Positions 53,608-63,927 are shown, numbered from the stretch's first letter. The stretch is DNA of 64,000 nucleotides from a virus (IMGVR_UViG_2526164662_000021:32574-96573), one strand, 5' to 3'. The notes: a model not told the origin generated them from the letters alone. Numbers and translations: made by a program.

Positions 53608-54072
53608 ATGTTTCTTCATATCAATCCCGATTGGGCATCAGCTATTGCGGCATTTGGGTCAGCAATAGCTGCTTTTATTAGTTTGCGCACAAGTAAAAAG
53701 CTTGGATTATTCGATAAGGAAAAATTTTATAGTGAAGCATTGATAAACTTTGCTGATAGGGCAAATAAAATAGCAACAGGAAAAGCTGGATCAGACTGGG
53801 ATGTTAATGACGCAAGTAATATAATTCTTTCACTAAATGCCGCAAAAGAAACTATTGAAAGTGCGCCAAAACCTATTCGAGAGCAACTAAAACAATATTA
53901 CAAACATAATCTTTGCCATGAGATCATAACCGAATTAGAGGCTCACTCTCCCCCAGATTCAGTAATTGTAAGAGAACCATCAGAGTATGAAGGCAAGATC
54001 ATGGGATTGTGGGATGAGATTAAAATATTTCTGGGTTATACAGTGGTATCAGAAGCAGACCTTGAAGATTAA
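53608..54072 (+). CDS. membrane-anchored protein, 154 aa, AT-rich
   Basis: N-terminal TM WASAIAAFGSAIAAFISL. Confidence 0.5.
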   Translation: MFLHINPDWASAIAAFGSAIAAFISLRTSKKLGLFDKEKFYSEALINFADRANKIATGKAGSDWDVNDASNIILSLNAAKETIESAPKPIREQLKQYYKHNLCHEIITELEAHSPPDSVIVREPSEYEGKIMGLWDEIKIFLGYTVVSEADLED

Positions 54073-54216
54073 AGTTTGGTGTGACCACATCATTTCATCA
54101 ATGATGCCCGAAGTGGGGAGTTTGACGATTGTCCGGTGATTTAAGCTGCAAAGTGCTGGTGCTTTATGCTTGTGAAGTTTATAATTGTGTACACATAACG
54201 AGTACACGAGGTGTTT

Positions 54217-54438
54217 ATGCAATCCATTAACTTCCGTACCGCACGCGGCAACCTTAGCGAAGTGCTCAATAATGTCGAAGCAGGGGAAGAGGTTGAAATC
54301 ACCCGCAGAGGCCGTGAATCAGCCGTAATTGTCAGCAAGGCCACTTTCGAAGCCTATAAAAAAGCGGCGCTGGATGCCGAATTTGCATCCCTGTTTGACA
54401 CTCTGGACTCCACTAACAAGGAACTGGTTAACCGATAA
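54217..54438 (+). CDS. phd: antitoxin Phd, 73 aa
   Basis: [20 protein letters not shown]...; YefM/Phd family; 1-nt overlap with doc. Confidence 0.9.
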
Positions 54439-54818
54439 TGAGGCATATATCACCGGAAGAACTTATTGCGCTTCATGATGCGAATATAAGCCGCTACGGC
54501 GGCCTGCCGGGCATGTCAGATCCGGGCAGGGCAGAAGCCATTATCGGGAGAGTTCAGGCCAGAGTTGCCTACGAAGAGATCACCGACCTTTTCGAAGTCT
54601 CCGCCACCTACCTAGTGGCTACAGCGAGAGGGCATATATTCAATGATGCCAATAAGCGTACCGCGCTAAACAGCGCGCTGCTATTTCTACGCCGTAACGG
54701 GGTGCAGGTATTTGATTCACCTGAACTGGCAGACCTTACTGTAGGGGCTGCGACTGGCGAGATATCTGTATCTTCTGTCGCCGACACGTTACGTAGATTG
54801 TATGGTTCTGCGGAGTAG
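54438..54818 (+). CDS. doc: toxin Doc (Fic-fold kinase), 126 aa
   Basis: Fic-like motif [10 protein letters not shown]. Confidence 0.9.
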
Positions 54819-55002
54819 ATTAATGGCACGCAAATACAACAAATTGTCCCGTGAAGCGTTAAAGATGCTTCTTGATGGCGTGAGTCGCCGCGAGGTAAAG
54901 CAATACCTGGTTGGTAAGCAAATTGGAGCCAGGACTGCTATTGCTGTGTTATGCCGTCAGGAAATGGTTGTGCTTAAACAGAGAATGCCGGGCAGCAGAT
55001 AA
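54802..55002 (+). CDS. small protein downstream of doc (pdcA position)
   Basis: ORF track. Confidence 0.4.
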
Positions 55003-55029
55003 AGCCCAATCAGTGATGAAAGGTGTGAT

Positions 55030-56073
55030 GTGAAAGCCGTAATTACTCCCTTTGTACAAAAAGAGCTTGGCGTCGCCACATTCAAAGTGGATCAGGAAGT
55101 CAGAAAGCTGGTGGAGGCTGGCCGTAAATTTATTATGGAGCCGGTGCCGCGTGAGTTAATCGAGCACATGGACGACGGCCTCGTTGTTTCCGAGCAAACT
55201 ATGGCAACAAATGAGGCGTTGCAGCCGTTTTTTAACAGCGATGAACTGTTTCGCCGTATTGGTGGAATTGACGCGCTGGTGGCGTGGTTGCGCAGGAAAG
55301 AGGGGAAATGCCAGGCCGCAGATCGTAGCTGGTGTGACAACCATATTGTCCACGCAGAACGAGACAATAGCGCGGTGTTGTTGTGCTGGCATCACGATAA
55401 CCATTACCGGATGCGTAGTTTTAATGAGCTGAAAGAAACGCTGCATAATAATCGCGTTAACTGGATACTGGATGTCGCCCGTCAGGAAATGGGGCTTTCA
55501 GATGGCCATGATTTAAGTATTCAGGAACTGTGCTGGTGGGCTTTCATGCGCGACATGATGCACCTGATGCCGGAAGAAGTCTGCCGTATATCAATAAATA
55601 AGATTAAGGCTGCAACGCAGGATAGCGGACCTATGAAAGAGGCGGATATTCGCCCGTATGACGATCGCGCTACAGCATATGTTCAGATGATGGAAGAACG
55701 CGCCGCGCCGATGCGTGCAAAAGTATGCCCTGTGGATGTTGACTCCGACCCTGGCATGGCGCATTTCAAAATACCAAAACTGCAATCGCTAAAATTACCT
55801 GAGTACATGGACTTTGTTGCTTCCCGTCCATGCTGTGGGTGTGGAGCTGCGGGAGCTGGCGCTCACATTACGCCTTATATCGTTCGTCATAGTCGATTAT
55901 GCGCGCATGACATTTACGCAATTCCTCTGTGCCAGTCATGCCAGCGTGATATTGAGCGTGACCGCGATAATTGGGAGAAGACGCACGGTAGGCTGGCGAT
56001 GCATCAACGATTGTTCTTTGATTACGCGCTTGGAGTCGGCGCTATCACAAGTCACTCGTCGAGTGTTAGATAA
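55030..56073 (+). CDS. Cys-rich protein (pdcB position), 347 aa
   Basis: C-terminal CCGCGAAGAG...[16 protein letters not shown]. Confidence 0.55.
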   Translation: MKAVITPFVQKELGVATFKVDQEVRKLVEAGRKFIMEPVPRELIEHMDDGLVVSEQTMATNEALQPFFNSDELFRRIGGIDALVAWLRRKEGKCQAADRSWCDNHIVHAERDNSAVLLCWHHDNHYRMRSFNELKETLHNNRVNWILDVARQEMGLSDGHDLSIQELCWWAFMRDMMHLMPEEVCRISINKIKAATQDSGPMKEADIRPYDDRATAYVQMMEERAAPMRAKVCPVDVDSDPGMAHFKIPKLQSLKLPEYMDFVASRPCCGCGAAGAGAHITPYIVRHSRLCAHDIYAIPLCQSCQRDIERDRDNWEKTHGRLAMHQRLFFDYALGVGAITSHSSSVR

Positions 56074-56074
56074 A

Positions 56075-56091
56075 ATTGCTCTAATGTATTG
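56075..56091 (+). promoter_or_regulatory. C1 operator-like site upstream of lpa (3 mismatches)
   Basis: ATTGCTCTAATgtATTg. Confidence 0.4.
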
Positions 56092-56161
56092 CTATTTCTT
56101 TAATCGAGGGTATTATATTCCACGTTGATTAGTTGACATGGGCTAATCAGTAGGTGACAGG

Positions 56162-56614
56162 ATGTTACTTAACTGGCAGGGACGCCACTTCATGGAAATA
56201 AATCACTCACGAATAACATCGTACGAGATTGCGGATTACATGATCCGCACTAAATCTCTTCTATCAGCGAAAGAACTCGCAGCAATTCTTGAAAAGGAAT
56301 ACCCGCATCTGGATGTCGATAAGCGCGATGTTTATCTGCGCTTAAAGGCTATTGCTGTGTCTAAGTATTCGTCTGTTTTGATTGATGACAGTACACGCCC
56401 ACGTAGATTTCAGATCCACTCTCTGAATCCTGAATTCTTTCGCCGTAGCCGCGCTCCGCGCCGGTTTGATGAAAAACTCCAGAACGAACTCTATATGACG
56501 CAGGACGAAAAGGAACGCCGGGAGCACCAGCCTTGGGTAATGGCGCGTCAACTTTTCAATAAGGTGGCCCGTCAGCACCGTCATTACGGTAATGCCACAT
56601 CCGCACGTATGTGA
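56162..56614 (+). CDS. lpa: late promoter activator Lpa-like (start may be Met at 56192)
   Basis: Position between pdcB and pacA; C1 operator upstream. Confidence 0.6.
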   Translation: MLLNWQGRHFMEINHSRITSYEIADYMIRTKSLLSAKELAAILEKEYPHLDVDKRDVYLRLKAIAVSKYSSVLIDDSTRPRRFQIHSLNPEFFRRSRAPRRFDEKLQNELYMTQDEKERREHQPWVMARQLFNKVARQHRHYGNATSARM

Positions 56615-57940
56615 CTGCTCCCCGCCCGGTTGGGCGAGGCTTCCCACATCTCAGGCCGCAACCGTCTGTACGACGGATTTACGCTGGCCTCCATGGGCAG
56701 AGACGACGAGTCCCGCCGCCTTTAGTTCCAGTATCCCTTTTTGCCGGATGTTGAGTGCCGCATTGATATCGCGGTCATGCTCTGCTTCACATTCAGGGCA
56801 TCGCCAGATGCGTTTATGAAGCGGCATTTCCGGCATTTTGTAACCACAACAATGGCACGTTTTCGAACTGGCAAACCACTGGTCGAGTTTTACCAGGTGA
56901 ACGCCTTTTTCCGCTGCCTTGTACTCCAGCTTTGTGATGAAGCTATGCCAGCCTGCATCACCTATTGCTCTTGCCAGATTGTGGTTTTTCATCATGTTGG
57001 CTGTTTTCAGCGTCTCGACAATTACCGCTTGGTTTTCGTCAACAATTGTACGAGAAAGTTTATGTTGAAAATCAGCACGGGCATTCGCTACCCGTTCGTG
57101 TATGGCCGCAAGACGGATTCTGGCCTTTTTACGATTCGCGCTTCCCTTTTGCTTGCGGGATAGCGCTTTTTGTTTGCGTCGCAGATTACGGCTGGCATTG
57201 ATGAGATGGCGGGGATTCGCAATTTTTGCCCGGTCAGACCTGATGGCATAGTGCTCAAGTCCCATATCCACACCAGTAATCTTTTCTTCCTCCAGATACG
57301 CAGGTTTCGCTGGTGTGGGAATACCGTCTTCACAAAGGATGGATGCGTAGTATTTCCCGGTGGCACTGCGAGTGATTGTTATGCTCGTCACTTTTCCCGT
57401 CATTACACGGTGTATACGCGCTTCTATCGGTGCCAGCTTAGGAATTTTGATGGCATTCTCCAGTACTTTAATCCCGACACAATGGTAGCTCGATTGTTTC
57501 CCATGTTTACGTTTAAACGTCGGGAACCGGGCTTTCAGCTTCGGATTAAAAAAGTTGGAAAACGCCACATCAAGATTAATCACCGCCTGTTGCAATGCCA
57601 TTGAATCAAATTCTTTAAGCCAGGCATACTTACGGGACTTCTTCGCCACAGACAACAACGGTTTTAAATCTTTACGCGGACTTAAATTCACTCCGTGTCG
57701 CTGGTAAGCGTGTTTTTTGATGTGAAGAGCTTTGTTGTACGCAAAACGCACGGCGCCGAACTGGGCGTTGAGATACTCAGCCTGTTTAGTGGTTGGATAG
57801 ATGCGTACTTTTGTCGCTCTTAACATAGTCACCGCTCATTGATACAGGTTTTTATGCTAACACCGTAATGATTTTTTTTTAAAGCCCTGTGGGCTTTCCC
57901 GCCTTTCCTCCCCGCCCGCATTGGGCGAGGGTTCTCGGCG
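56600..57940 (-). mobile_element. IS200/IS605-family insertion sequence carrying tnpB only (IS1341-like)
   Basis: Both ends carry subterminal hairpins CCCCGCCCG-GTT-GGGCGAGG (56620-56640) and CCCCGCCCG-CATT-GGGCGAGG (57910-57932). Confidence 0.7.
56651..57832 (-). CDS. tnpB: TnpB (RuvC-like nuclease with C-terminal zinc finger), 393 aa
   Basis: N-terminus RIYPTTKQAEYLNAQFGAVRFAYN; C-terminus CHCCGYKMP...CPECEAEHDRDINAALNI. Confidence 0.9.
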   Translation of the reverse strand: MTMLRATKVRIYPTTKQAEYLNAQFGAVRFAYNKALHIKKHAYQRHGVNLSPRKDLKPLLSVAKKSRKYAWLKEFDSMALQQAVINLDVAFSNFFNPKLKARFPTFKRKHGKQSSYHCVGIKVLENAIKIPKLAPIEARIHRVMTGKVTSITITRSATGKYYASILCEDGIPTPAKPAYLEEEKITGVDMGLEHYAIRSDRAKIANPRHLINASRNLRRKQKALSRKQKGSANRKKARIRLAAIHERVANARADFQHKLSRTIVDENQAVIVETLKTANMMKNHNLARAIGDAGWHSFITKLEYKAAEKGVHLVKLDQWFASSKTCHCCGYKMPEMPLHKRIWRCPECEAEHDRDINAALNIRQKGILELKAAGLVVSAHGGQRKSVVQTVAA

Positions 57941-57975
57941 GTTGTTTGCTGATTGCTTGCCCGTTCCGGGCCTTT

Positions 57976-57998
57976 TGACATGTGACTTTCGTTACCCT
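57976..57998 (+). promoter_or_regulatory. possible late-promoter-like element upstream of pacA (weak)
   Basis: GACATGTGACTTTCGTTACCCTC shares CA..TGACT core but poor -10. Confidence 0.25.
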
Positions 57999-58033
57999 CG
58001 CGTCAAAAAGAGTTTTTACGAAAGGAAGCATAA

Positions 58034-59227
58034 GTGACCTGGGACGATCACAAGAAGAATTTTGCTCGCCTGGCGCGAGATGGTGGTTACACCATCGCAC
58101 AGTATGCCGCCGAGTTTAATCTTAACCCTAATACCGCACGTCGTTATCTCCGTGCCTTCAAAGAAGACACCAGGACTGCGGACAGCCGCAAGCCAAATAA
58201 GCCAGTCAGGAAGCCACTAAAAAGCATGATCATTGATCACTCTAATGATCAACATGCAGGTGATCATATTGCGGCTGAAATAGCGGAAAAACAAAGAGTT
58301 AATGCCGTTGTCAGTGCCGCAGTCGAGAATGCGAAGCGCCAAAATAAGCGCATAAATGATCGTTCAGATGATCATGACGTGATCACCCGCGCCCACCGGA
58401 CCTTACGTGATCGCCTGGAACGCGACACCCTGGATGATGATGGTGAACGCTTTGAATTCGAAGCTGGCGATTACCTGATAGATAACGTTGAAGCGCGGAA
58501 GGCCGCGCGCGCTATGTTGCGTCGGTCCGGGGCCGATGTTCTGGAAACCACTCTTCTTGAAAAGTCTCTTTCTCATCTCCTTATGCTGGAGAACGCCAGG
58601 GATACGTGTATTCGCCTGGTGCAGGAAATGCGCGATCAGCAAAAAGACGATGATGAAGGTACTCCGCCTGAATACCGTATCGCGAGCATGCTAAACAGCT
58701 GTTCCGCGCAGATAAGCAGCCTGATCAACACCATTTACAGCATCCGGAATAACTATCGAAAAGAAAGCCGGGAGGCGGAAAAGCACGCTTTGTCTATGGG
58801 GCAAGCTGGCATTGTTAAGCTGGCATACGAACGAAAGCGTGAAAATAACTGGTCAGTGCTGGAAGCGGCTGAATTCATCGAGGCGCATGGAGGAAAAGTG
58901 CCGCCCCTGATGCTGGAGCAAATCAAAGCCGATCTGCGTGCTCCTAAGACCAATACCGATGACGAGGAAAACCAAACAGCATCTGGCGCTCCATCACTTG
59001 AAGATCTGGATAAAATCGCGCGAGAACGGGCCGCCAGCCGCCGCGCTGATGCCGCATTGTGGATTGAGCATCGTAGAGAAGAAATTGCCGATATCGTCGA
59101 TACAGGCGGTTATGGTGATGTCGATGCGGAAGGCATATCAAACGAAGCATGGCTTGAACAGGATCTGGACGAAGACGAGGAGGAAGACGAAGAAGTTACC
59201 CGCAAACTGTACGGGGATGATGATTAA
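58034..59227 (+). CDS. pacA: terminase small subunit PacA, 397 aa (GTG start)
   Basis: 397-aa ORF containing the pac site; immediately upstream of pacB. Confidence 0.85.
58226..58387. other. pac: pac packaging site: two clusters of TGATCA(C/G) hexamers (4 + 3) carrying 7 GATC Dam sites
   Basis: ATGATCATTGATCACTCTAATGATCAACATGCAGGTGATCAT at 58226-58267 and ATGATCGTTCAGATGATCATGACGTGATCAC at 58356-58387. Confidence 0.8.
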
Positions 59228-60711
59228 TGGCCAGAAGTTGCGTAACGGACCCACGTTGGCGCGAGCTGGTGGCGCTATATCGTTATGACTGGATTGCGGC
59301 CGCTGATGTGTTGTTTGGGAAGACACCAACCTGGCAGCAGGATGAGATCATTGAGTCCACGCAGCAGGACGGCAGTTGGACAAGTGTGACCTCCGGCCAT
59401 GGTACTGGTAAGTCGGATATGACGAGTATTATTGCAATACTCTTCATCATGTTTTTCCCCGGCGCTCGCGTCATTCTGGTCGCTAACAAAAGACAGCAAG
59501 TCCTTGATGGTATTTTCAAATACATAAAGAGCAATTGGGCTACTGCTGTTAGCAGATTCCCGTGGTTGTCGAAGTATTTCATTCTTACAGAAACGTCTTT
59601 TTTTGAGGTGACTGGCAAGGGTGTTTGGACAATATTGATAAAGTCCTGTCGCCCCGGAAATGAGGAGGCGTTGGCTGGTGAACACGCCGATCATCTCTTG
59701 TATATCATCGACGAAGCGTCGGGTGTGAGTGATAAAGCATTCAGTGTGATAACAGGTGCGCTGACCGGTAAGGATAACCGTATTCTGCTTCTTTCCCAGC
59801 CTACGCGACCTTCAGGCTATTTCTACGATTCACACCACAGACTAGCTATTCGCCCGGGAAATCCTGATGGATTGTTTACTGCGATAATACTGAATAGTGA
59901 AGAATCTCCGCTTGTAGATGCAAAATTTATACGAGCAAAACTTGCGGAGTATGGCGGTCGTGATAACCCCATGTACATGATCAAAGTACGTGGTGAATTT
60001 CCCAAATCGCAAGATGGCTTTCTTCTTGGTCGTGATGAGGTTGAGCGGGCGACGCGGCGAAAGGTCAAGATTGCCAAAGGATGGGGCTGGGTTGCATGTG
60101 TTGACGTTGCTGGTGGCACAGGACGAGATAAGTCCGTTATTAATATCATGATGGTGTCCGGCCAGCGAAATAAACGCCGTGTAATCAACTATCGTATGCT
60201 GGAATACACAGACGTTACAGAAACGCAGTTAGCCGCCAAGATTTTCGCAGAATGTAACCCAGAACGGTTCCCGAACATAACCATAGCTATTGATGGCGAT
60301 GGCTTGGGGAAATCGACGGCTGATCTGATGTACGAACGCTATGGTATTACCGTCCAGCGTATCCGCTGGGGTAAAAAGATGCACAGCCGTGAAGATAAAA
60401 GCCTTTATTTCGATATGCGCGCTTTCGCGAATATTCAGGCGGCAGAAGCTGTAAAATCAGGGCGTATGCGGCTTGATAAGGGGGCTGCGACTATAGAGGA
60501 AGCATCAAAGATACCGGTCGGGATAAATTCCGCAGGTCAATGGAAGGTGATGTCAAAGGAAGATATGAAGAAAAAACTCAACCTGCACTCACCGGACCAT
60601 TGGGATACATATTGTTTCGCTATGTTGGCGAACTATGTTCCCCAAGATGAAGTGCTTAGCGTCGAAGACGAAGCGCAGGTTGATGAAGCTCTGGCATGGC
60701 TTAATGAGTAA
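59227..60711 (+). CDS. pacB: terminase large subunit PacB, 494 aa
   Basis: Walker A GHGTGKS, Walker [12 protein letters not shown]. Confidence 0.85.
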
Positions 60712-60716
60712 AAAAC

Positions 60717-60733
60717 TTGCTCTAATAAATTGT
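60717..60733 (+). promoter_or_regulatory. C1 operator-like site upstream of second immunity-like module
   Basis: cTTGCTCTAATAAATTg. Confidence 0.55.
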
Positions 60734-60974
60734 GTTTTTTGACTGCCGATGTTACATTGAACCTGACCTCTTGCGCCTTGAGGCATTTTCGGTTTATGCT
60801 TATCAGGCACCTCATTAAAACGGGTGCCGGGATTGGAACCCCGGATAATGTCAAAGGCGACACAGACGCCAAAAGCGTCTTTTTTTGTGTCATGCCATCG
60901 CACGGCCATACGTAGCGTTTAGCTCAGAGATCAATGGTAGTGCTGGCTGGGCTGCCGAAAGGCAGGCCGGTTCC

Positions 60975-61050
60975 CTTTGACGCCGGTAGTTCCAACCCAG
61001 TCAGTGCTACCGCCATTGAGATTGGAACCTCACGCGGTAGCTCCTTAACT
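60975..61050 (+). ncRNA. second c4-like antisense RNA candidate (approximate)
   Basis: GTTCCAACCC and CAGTGCTACCGCC (60987-61012) are complementary to ATTGGAACC and GCGGTAGC in the leader and RBS region of the downstream icd-like gene. Confidence 0.3.
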
Positions 61051-61071
61051 TAGTCAAAGGAGGCTGCCATT

Positions 61072-61293
61072 ATGGCTACTATCCCTACCCCAACTCATCC
61101 TGAATTTATCTGGCGCTTTTACTCCTGCCAGAAACGTCACTATCACTTCGTTATTGCACCGACAGAAGATGAGGCTCGCTCTCAGCTTCCTGATGCACCC
61201 TGTATTTTCTCCGCCCGTTTTTCTACTGATTCGCGCAATTCTCTCAGTTACTGGTGCCTCCCTGTTAACGCTTCTGCTCAGGAGGGACTATGA
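61072..61293 (+). CDS. Icd-like protein, second copy, 73 aa
   Basis: Paralog of 11277-11498 (shared PEFIWRFYSC.K.HYHFVIA.TEDEARSQLPD). Confidence 0.65.
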   Translation: MATIPTPTHPEFIWRFYSCQKRHYHFVIAPTEDEARSQLPDAPCIFSARFSTDSRNSLSYWCLPVNASAQEGL

Positions 61294-62402
61294 GAACGTC
61301 ATTAGTCACCCGTGAAGAGATGATTGAGGCAATTGAACAGCACACTGCCTGTATCAGTACCAGGGATATACCAGGCGTTATGGCCAACTACTTCATGATC
61401 ACCAAACAACTTTACCGGAGAAAGGACAAGAACGCTGTTCACCGCATTCTGTTGTCTGATATCCGCGAATACCTGCTCGAACAGGGTCATCTGAATTACG
61501 CAACCGTCGCAGCCGAAGCACGCAAGGAGGCACACAGAATGAAAGCAACTAACGTTAAATCAGAAAAAATTCATGCACCTTCAGTTCAGGAATCGGAGCT
61601 GGTGGTTGTTCAGAATCAGTCTGATGAAATTCCCGTTCTGGAATGGCTGGGAGTGCGTGTAGTGACAACTGAGACTCTTGCTAAAGGGTATGGGACCGAT
61701 GAAGCGAATATTCGTAAAAATTTGTCTCGCAACCCCGATCGCTTTGAAGAAGGTAAGCATTACTATCTCTTAACTGGTTCAAAATTAAAGGAATTTAAAA
61801 TGCTAGTGACTATTAGTCACTTGGTTAGCAAATATACAAGTCAGGTAATTCTCTGGGCCGAGCGCGGAGCGGCACGCATGTCTAAGATCGTGGACACAAA
61901 TGAAGCGTGGGCATTCTTTGAAAAACTGGAAGACAGCTACTTCCGACAAAAAGAACAGCAACCGATCGCAATCCCCCAGACGCTTCCAGAAGCTCTGCGC
62001 CTGGCTGCCGAACTGGCTGAACAAAAGCAGCTTCTGGAACAGAAAGCCCACCAGCTAAATCAGCAGCTGGTGGCCGCCGCTCCTAAAGTCGATTTTGCCG
62101 ACCGGGTATCAGTAGCTAAAGGGATCCTGATTGGGAATTTTGCAAAGGTTGTTGGACTTAAGCAAAACGCGCTGTTTGCCTGGTTACGGGAGAACGGCAT
62201 CCTGATAGCGTCCGGTGGACGTAAAAATGTGCCGTTCCAGCAGTACATCAATGCGGGGTATTTCACGGTGAAAGAAGTGGTGCTGGATGATGAAGATGGC
62301 TACCAGATACGGTTGACGCCTCAATTAACGGGTAAAGGCCAGCAGTGGTTGACGCGTAAACTGCTCGATGCTGGCTTGTTAAAACCGGTGGCGGCTGAAT
62401 AA
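61290..62402 (+). CDS. Ant-like antirepressor, second copy with different central domain, 370 aa
   Basis: N- and C-terminal regions paralogous to Ant1; central region distinct. Confidence 0.7.
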   Translation: MRTSLVTREEMIEAIEQHTACISTRDIPGVMANYFMITKQLYRRKDKNAVHRILLSDIREYLLEQGHLNYATVAAEARKEAHRMKATNVKSEKIHAPSVQESELVVVQNQSDEIPVLEWLGVRVVTTETLAKGYGTDEANIRKNLSRNPDRFEEGKHYYLLTGSKLKEFKMLVTISHLVSKYTSQVILWAERGAARMSKIVDTNEAWAFFEKLEDSYFRQKEQQPIAIPQTLPEALRLAAELAEQKQLLEQKAHQLNQQLVAAAPKVDFADRVSVAKGILIGNFAKVVGLKQNALFAWLRENGILIASGGRKNVPFQQYINAGYFTVKEVVLDDEDGYQIRLTPQLTGKGQQWLTRKLLDAGLLKPVAAE

Positions 62403-62410
62403 TGGAAGAA

Positions 62411-62432
62411 TGCCCGGTTGATGCCGGGCATA
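62411..62432. terminator. bidirectional terminator between ant-like gene and c1
   Basis: ATGCCCGG-TTGATG-CCGGGCAT. Confidence 0.55.
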
Positions 62433-62434
62433 AT

Positions 62435-63286
62435 TTATTGCGCGCTTTCGGGGTTGTCGTTTACTGGCTGCCCCTTCTTGGTTTTACGGCTGCGTGTAAC
62501 TGATGCGGCTGACTTAACCTTTTTCTCTTCGCGAGTGATGGCAATTTGTTTTTTTACATTTTCAATATCTGCCAGGCGATATATTTTTGCTTGCGGCCAG
62601 CGGTCGCAGATGATCGGTTCTATAGAGTCATAAAGGCTAAATTTTGCTTTCTCGAATTCACCGTTGATGATAATTCCATCACGGAGAGTTTCATCGCAGA
62701 TAAACACACCACATAGCGGCACATGGTAACTAACTGATTTACCATCATTGTAGTTAGGGCTACTAGAAATGTAATGGACGCGCAGCATTGTTTCGCTAAA
62801 GCCGTGTACGCGCATACGGAATTTTTCATCCTCCGGGTACTGCTTCATTAGCTCTTTTGTTGCTTCCAGGTTCTCTATGTATTTCGCACTGTGCTCATTG
62901 ATCCCCGCGCTTTTCTGGATGCGAATGTCCTTATCAATCAGATGAATAATGCGGCCAGCGGTCATGTTGACGCTGTTCACAGCTTCTGTCTGATAAGTCG
63001 TAACCTTACGCACACCGCGAAGGATGTTAGGCACTGGATATAAAATAGTCTTTGGGATATTGAGGTCTGGGTACTGTTCCAGTTCCCGCGCCATTAAAGT
63101 CCATTTATCAATTTCAGCCTGAATGCTGTCCGTTTCTTTGAACGGCAGAACGACAACCGGGCGAACAGGACGACCGTCGCTGGCGGCATCAACGTGTTGG
63201 GCGCGTGCAACAGCTTTTTTTAGAAAGAGATCCCTGAAGCTGACGAACTCCTGGTACAGTTGTTCGCCGTAGACATAATTTATCAT
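62435..63286 (-). CDS. c1: primary immunity repressor C1-like, 283 aa
   Basis: 283-aa ORF downstream of coi; operator copies flank it. Confidence 0.75.
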   Translation of the reverse strand: MINYVYGEQLYQEFVSFRDLFLKKAVARAQHVDAASDGRPVRPVVVLPFKETDSIQAEIDKWTLMARELEQYPDLNIPKTILYPVPNILRGVRKVTTYQTEAVNSVNMTAGRIIHLIDKDIRIQKSAGINEHSAKYIENLEATKELMKQYPEDEKFRMRVHGFSETMLRVHYISSSPNYNDGKSVSYHVPLCGVFICDETLRDGIIINGEFEKAKFSLYDSIEPIICDRWPQAKIYRLADIENVKKQIAITREEKKVKSAASVTRSRKTKKGQPVNDNPESAQ

Positions 63287-63380
63287 TGATCCTCCTCCAG
63301 AATTGACATGGCCAACAACTCACAGCGGATTACACTGGGAGTTGTTGGCAACCATTATAGAAGGATCCAACGAAAATAAT

Positions 63381-63397
63381 AGATTTATTAGTGCATT
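63381..63397 (-). promoter_or_regulatory. C1 operator-like site between coi and c1
   Basis: Reverse complement AATGCACTAATAAATCT. Confidence 0.5.
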
Positions 63398-63606
63398 TAT
63401 TGTGAGTCTGGCTGGTTAGTGGCCATGAGATATTCGATTGTGTCAGTGAGATCATCCAGGTCGTCTTGGGTGATGCGGTACTCCTGATTGGATATCTTTG
63501 AGTAGTGTTCAGCAATGGCGCGGGCAGCGTCGGTTTCGGCGGGGTCTACAGATAAAGCGTTAGAGCAATGTCTAACGTCGTCGATGGTTGGTGGAATGAA
63601 AGCCAT
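63397..63606 (-). CDS. coi: C1 inactivator Coi-like, 69 aa
   Basis: 69-aa ORF immediately upstream of c1 on same strand. Confidence 0.65.
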   Translation of the reverse strand: MAFIPPTIDDVRHCSNALSVDPAETDAARAIAEHYSKISNQEYRITQDDLDDLTDTIEYLMATNQPDSQ

Positions 63607-63845
63607 AATTATGCCTCACTGTATTGACAACACAGAGCCTGAAGCTCTGACCTACTGTTTCACCCATGATCCATGCTGGGGTAATCTAACAACATTGCGC
63701 TGTGTGTAAGATGAGCAATGCATAGCTGTAATGCCGTTGTATAAGGTTTCCCTGTTTGCTCATTTCCTTCTGAGCCGCTCTACAACGCTGAAGACACATT
63801 AAATAGTGAATCCAAAGTCGTATTACGAAACGGCGGCAAAACTAT

Positions 63846-63863
63846 AATTTATTAGAGCAATTG
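63846..63863 (-). promoter_or_regulatory. C1 operator upstream of coi-c1 (reverse orientation)
   Basis: Reverse complement AATTGCTCTAATAAATT. Confidence 0.6.
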
Positions 63864-63927
63864 TCAAACAACTATGAAAAACAATCCAGTTTTTGGCTGG
63901 TGGAGTGGGATTTTTCTCTCAAAATTT

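Noticed and set aside
57879-58100. 73-aa minus-strand ORF next to tnpB as a possible TnpA
   Set aside because: No HuH (IS200-type transposase) motifs; overlaps the IS end and the pacA leader; likely spurious.
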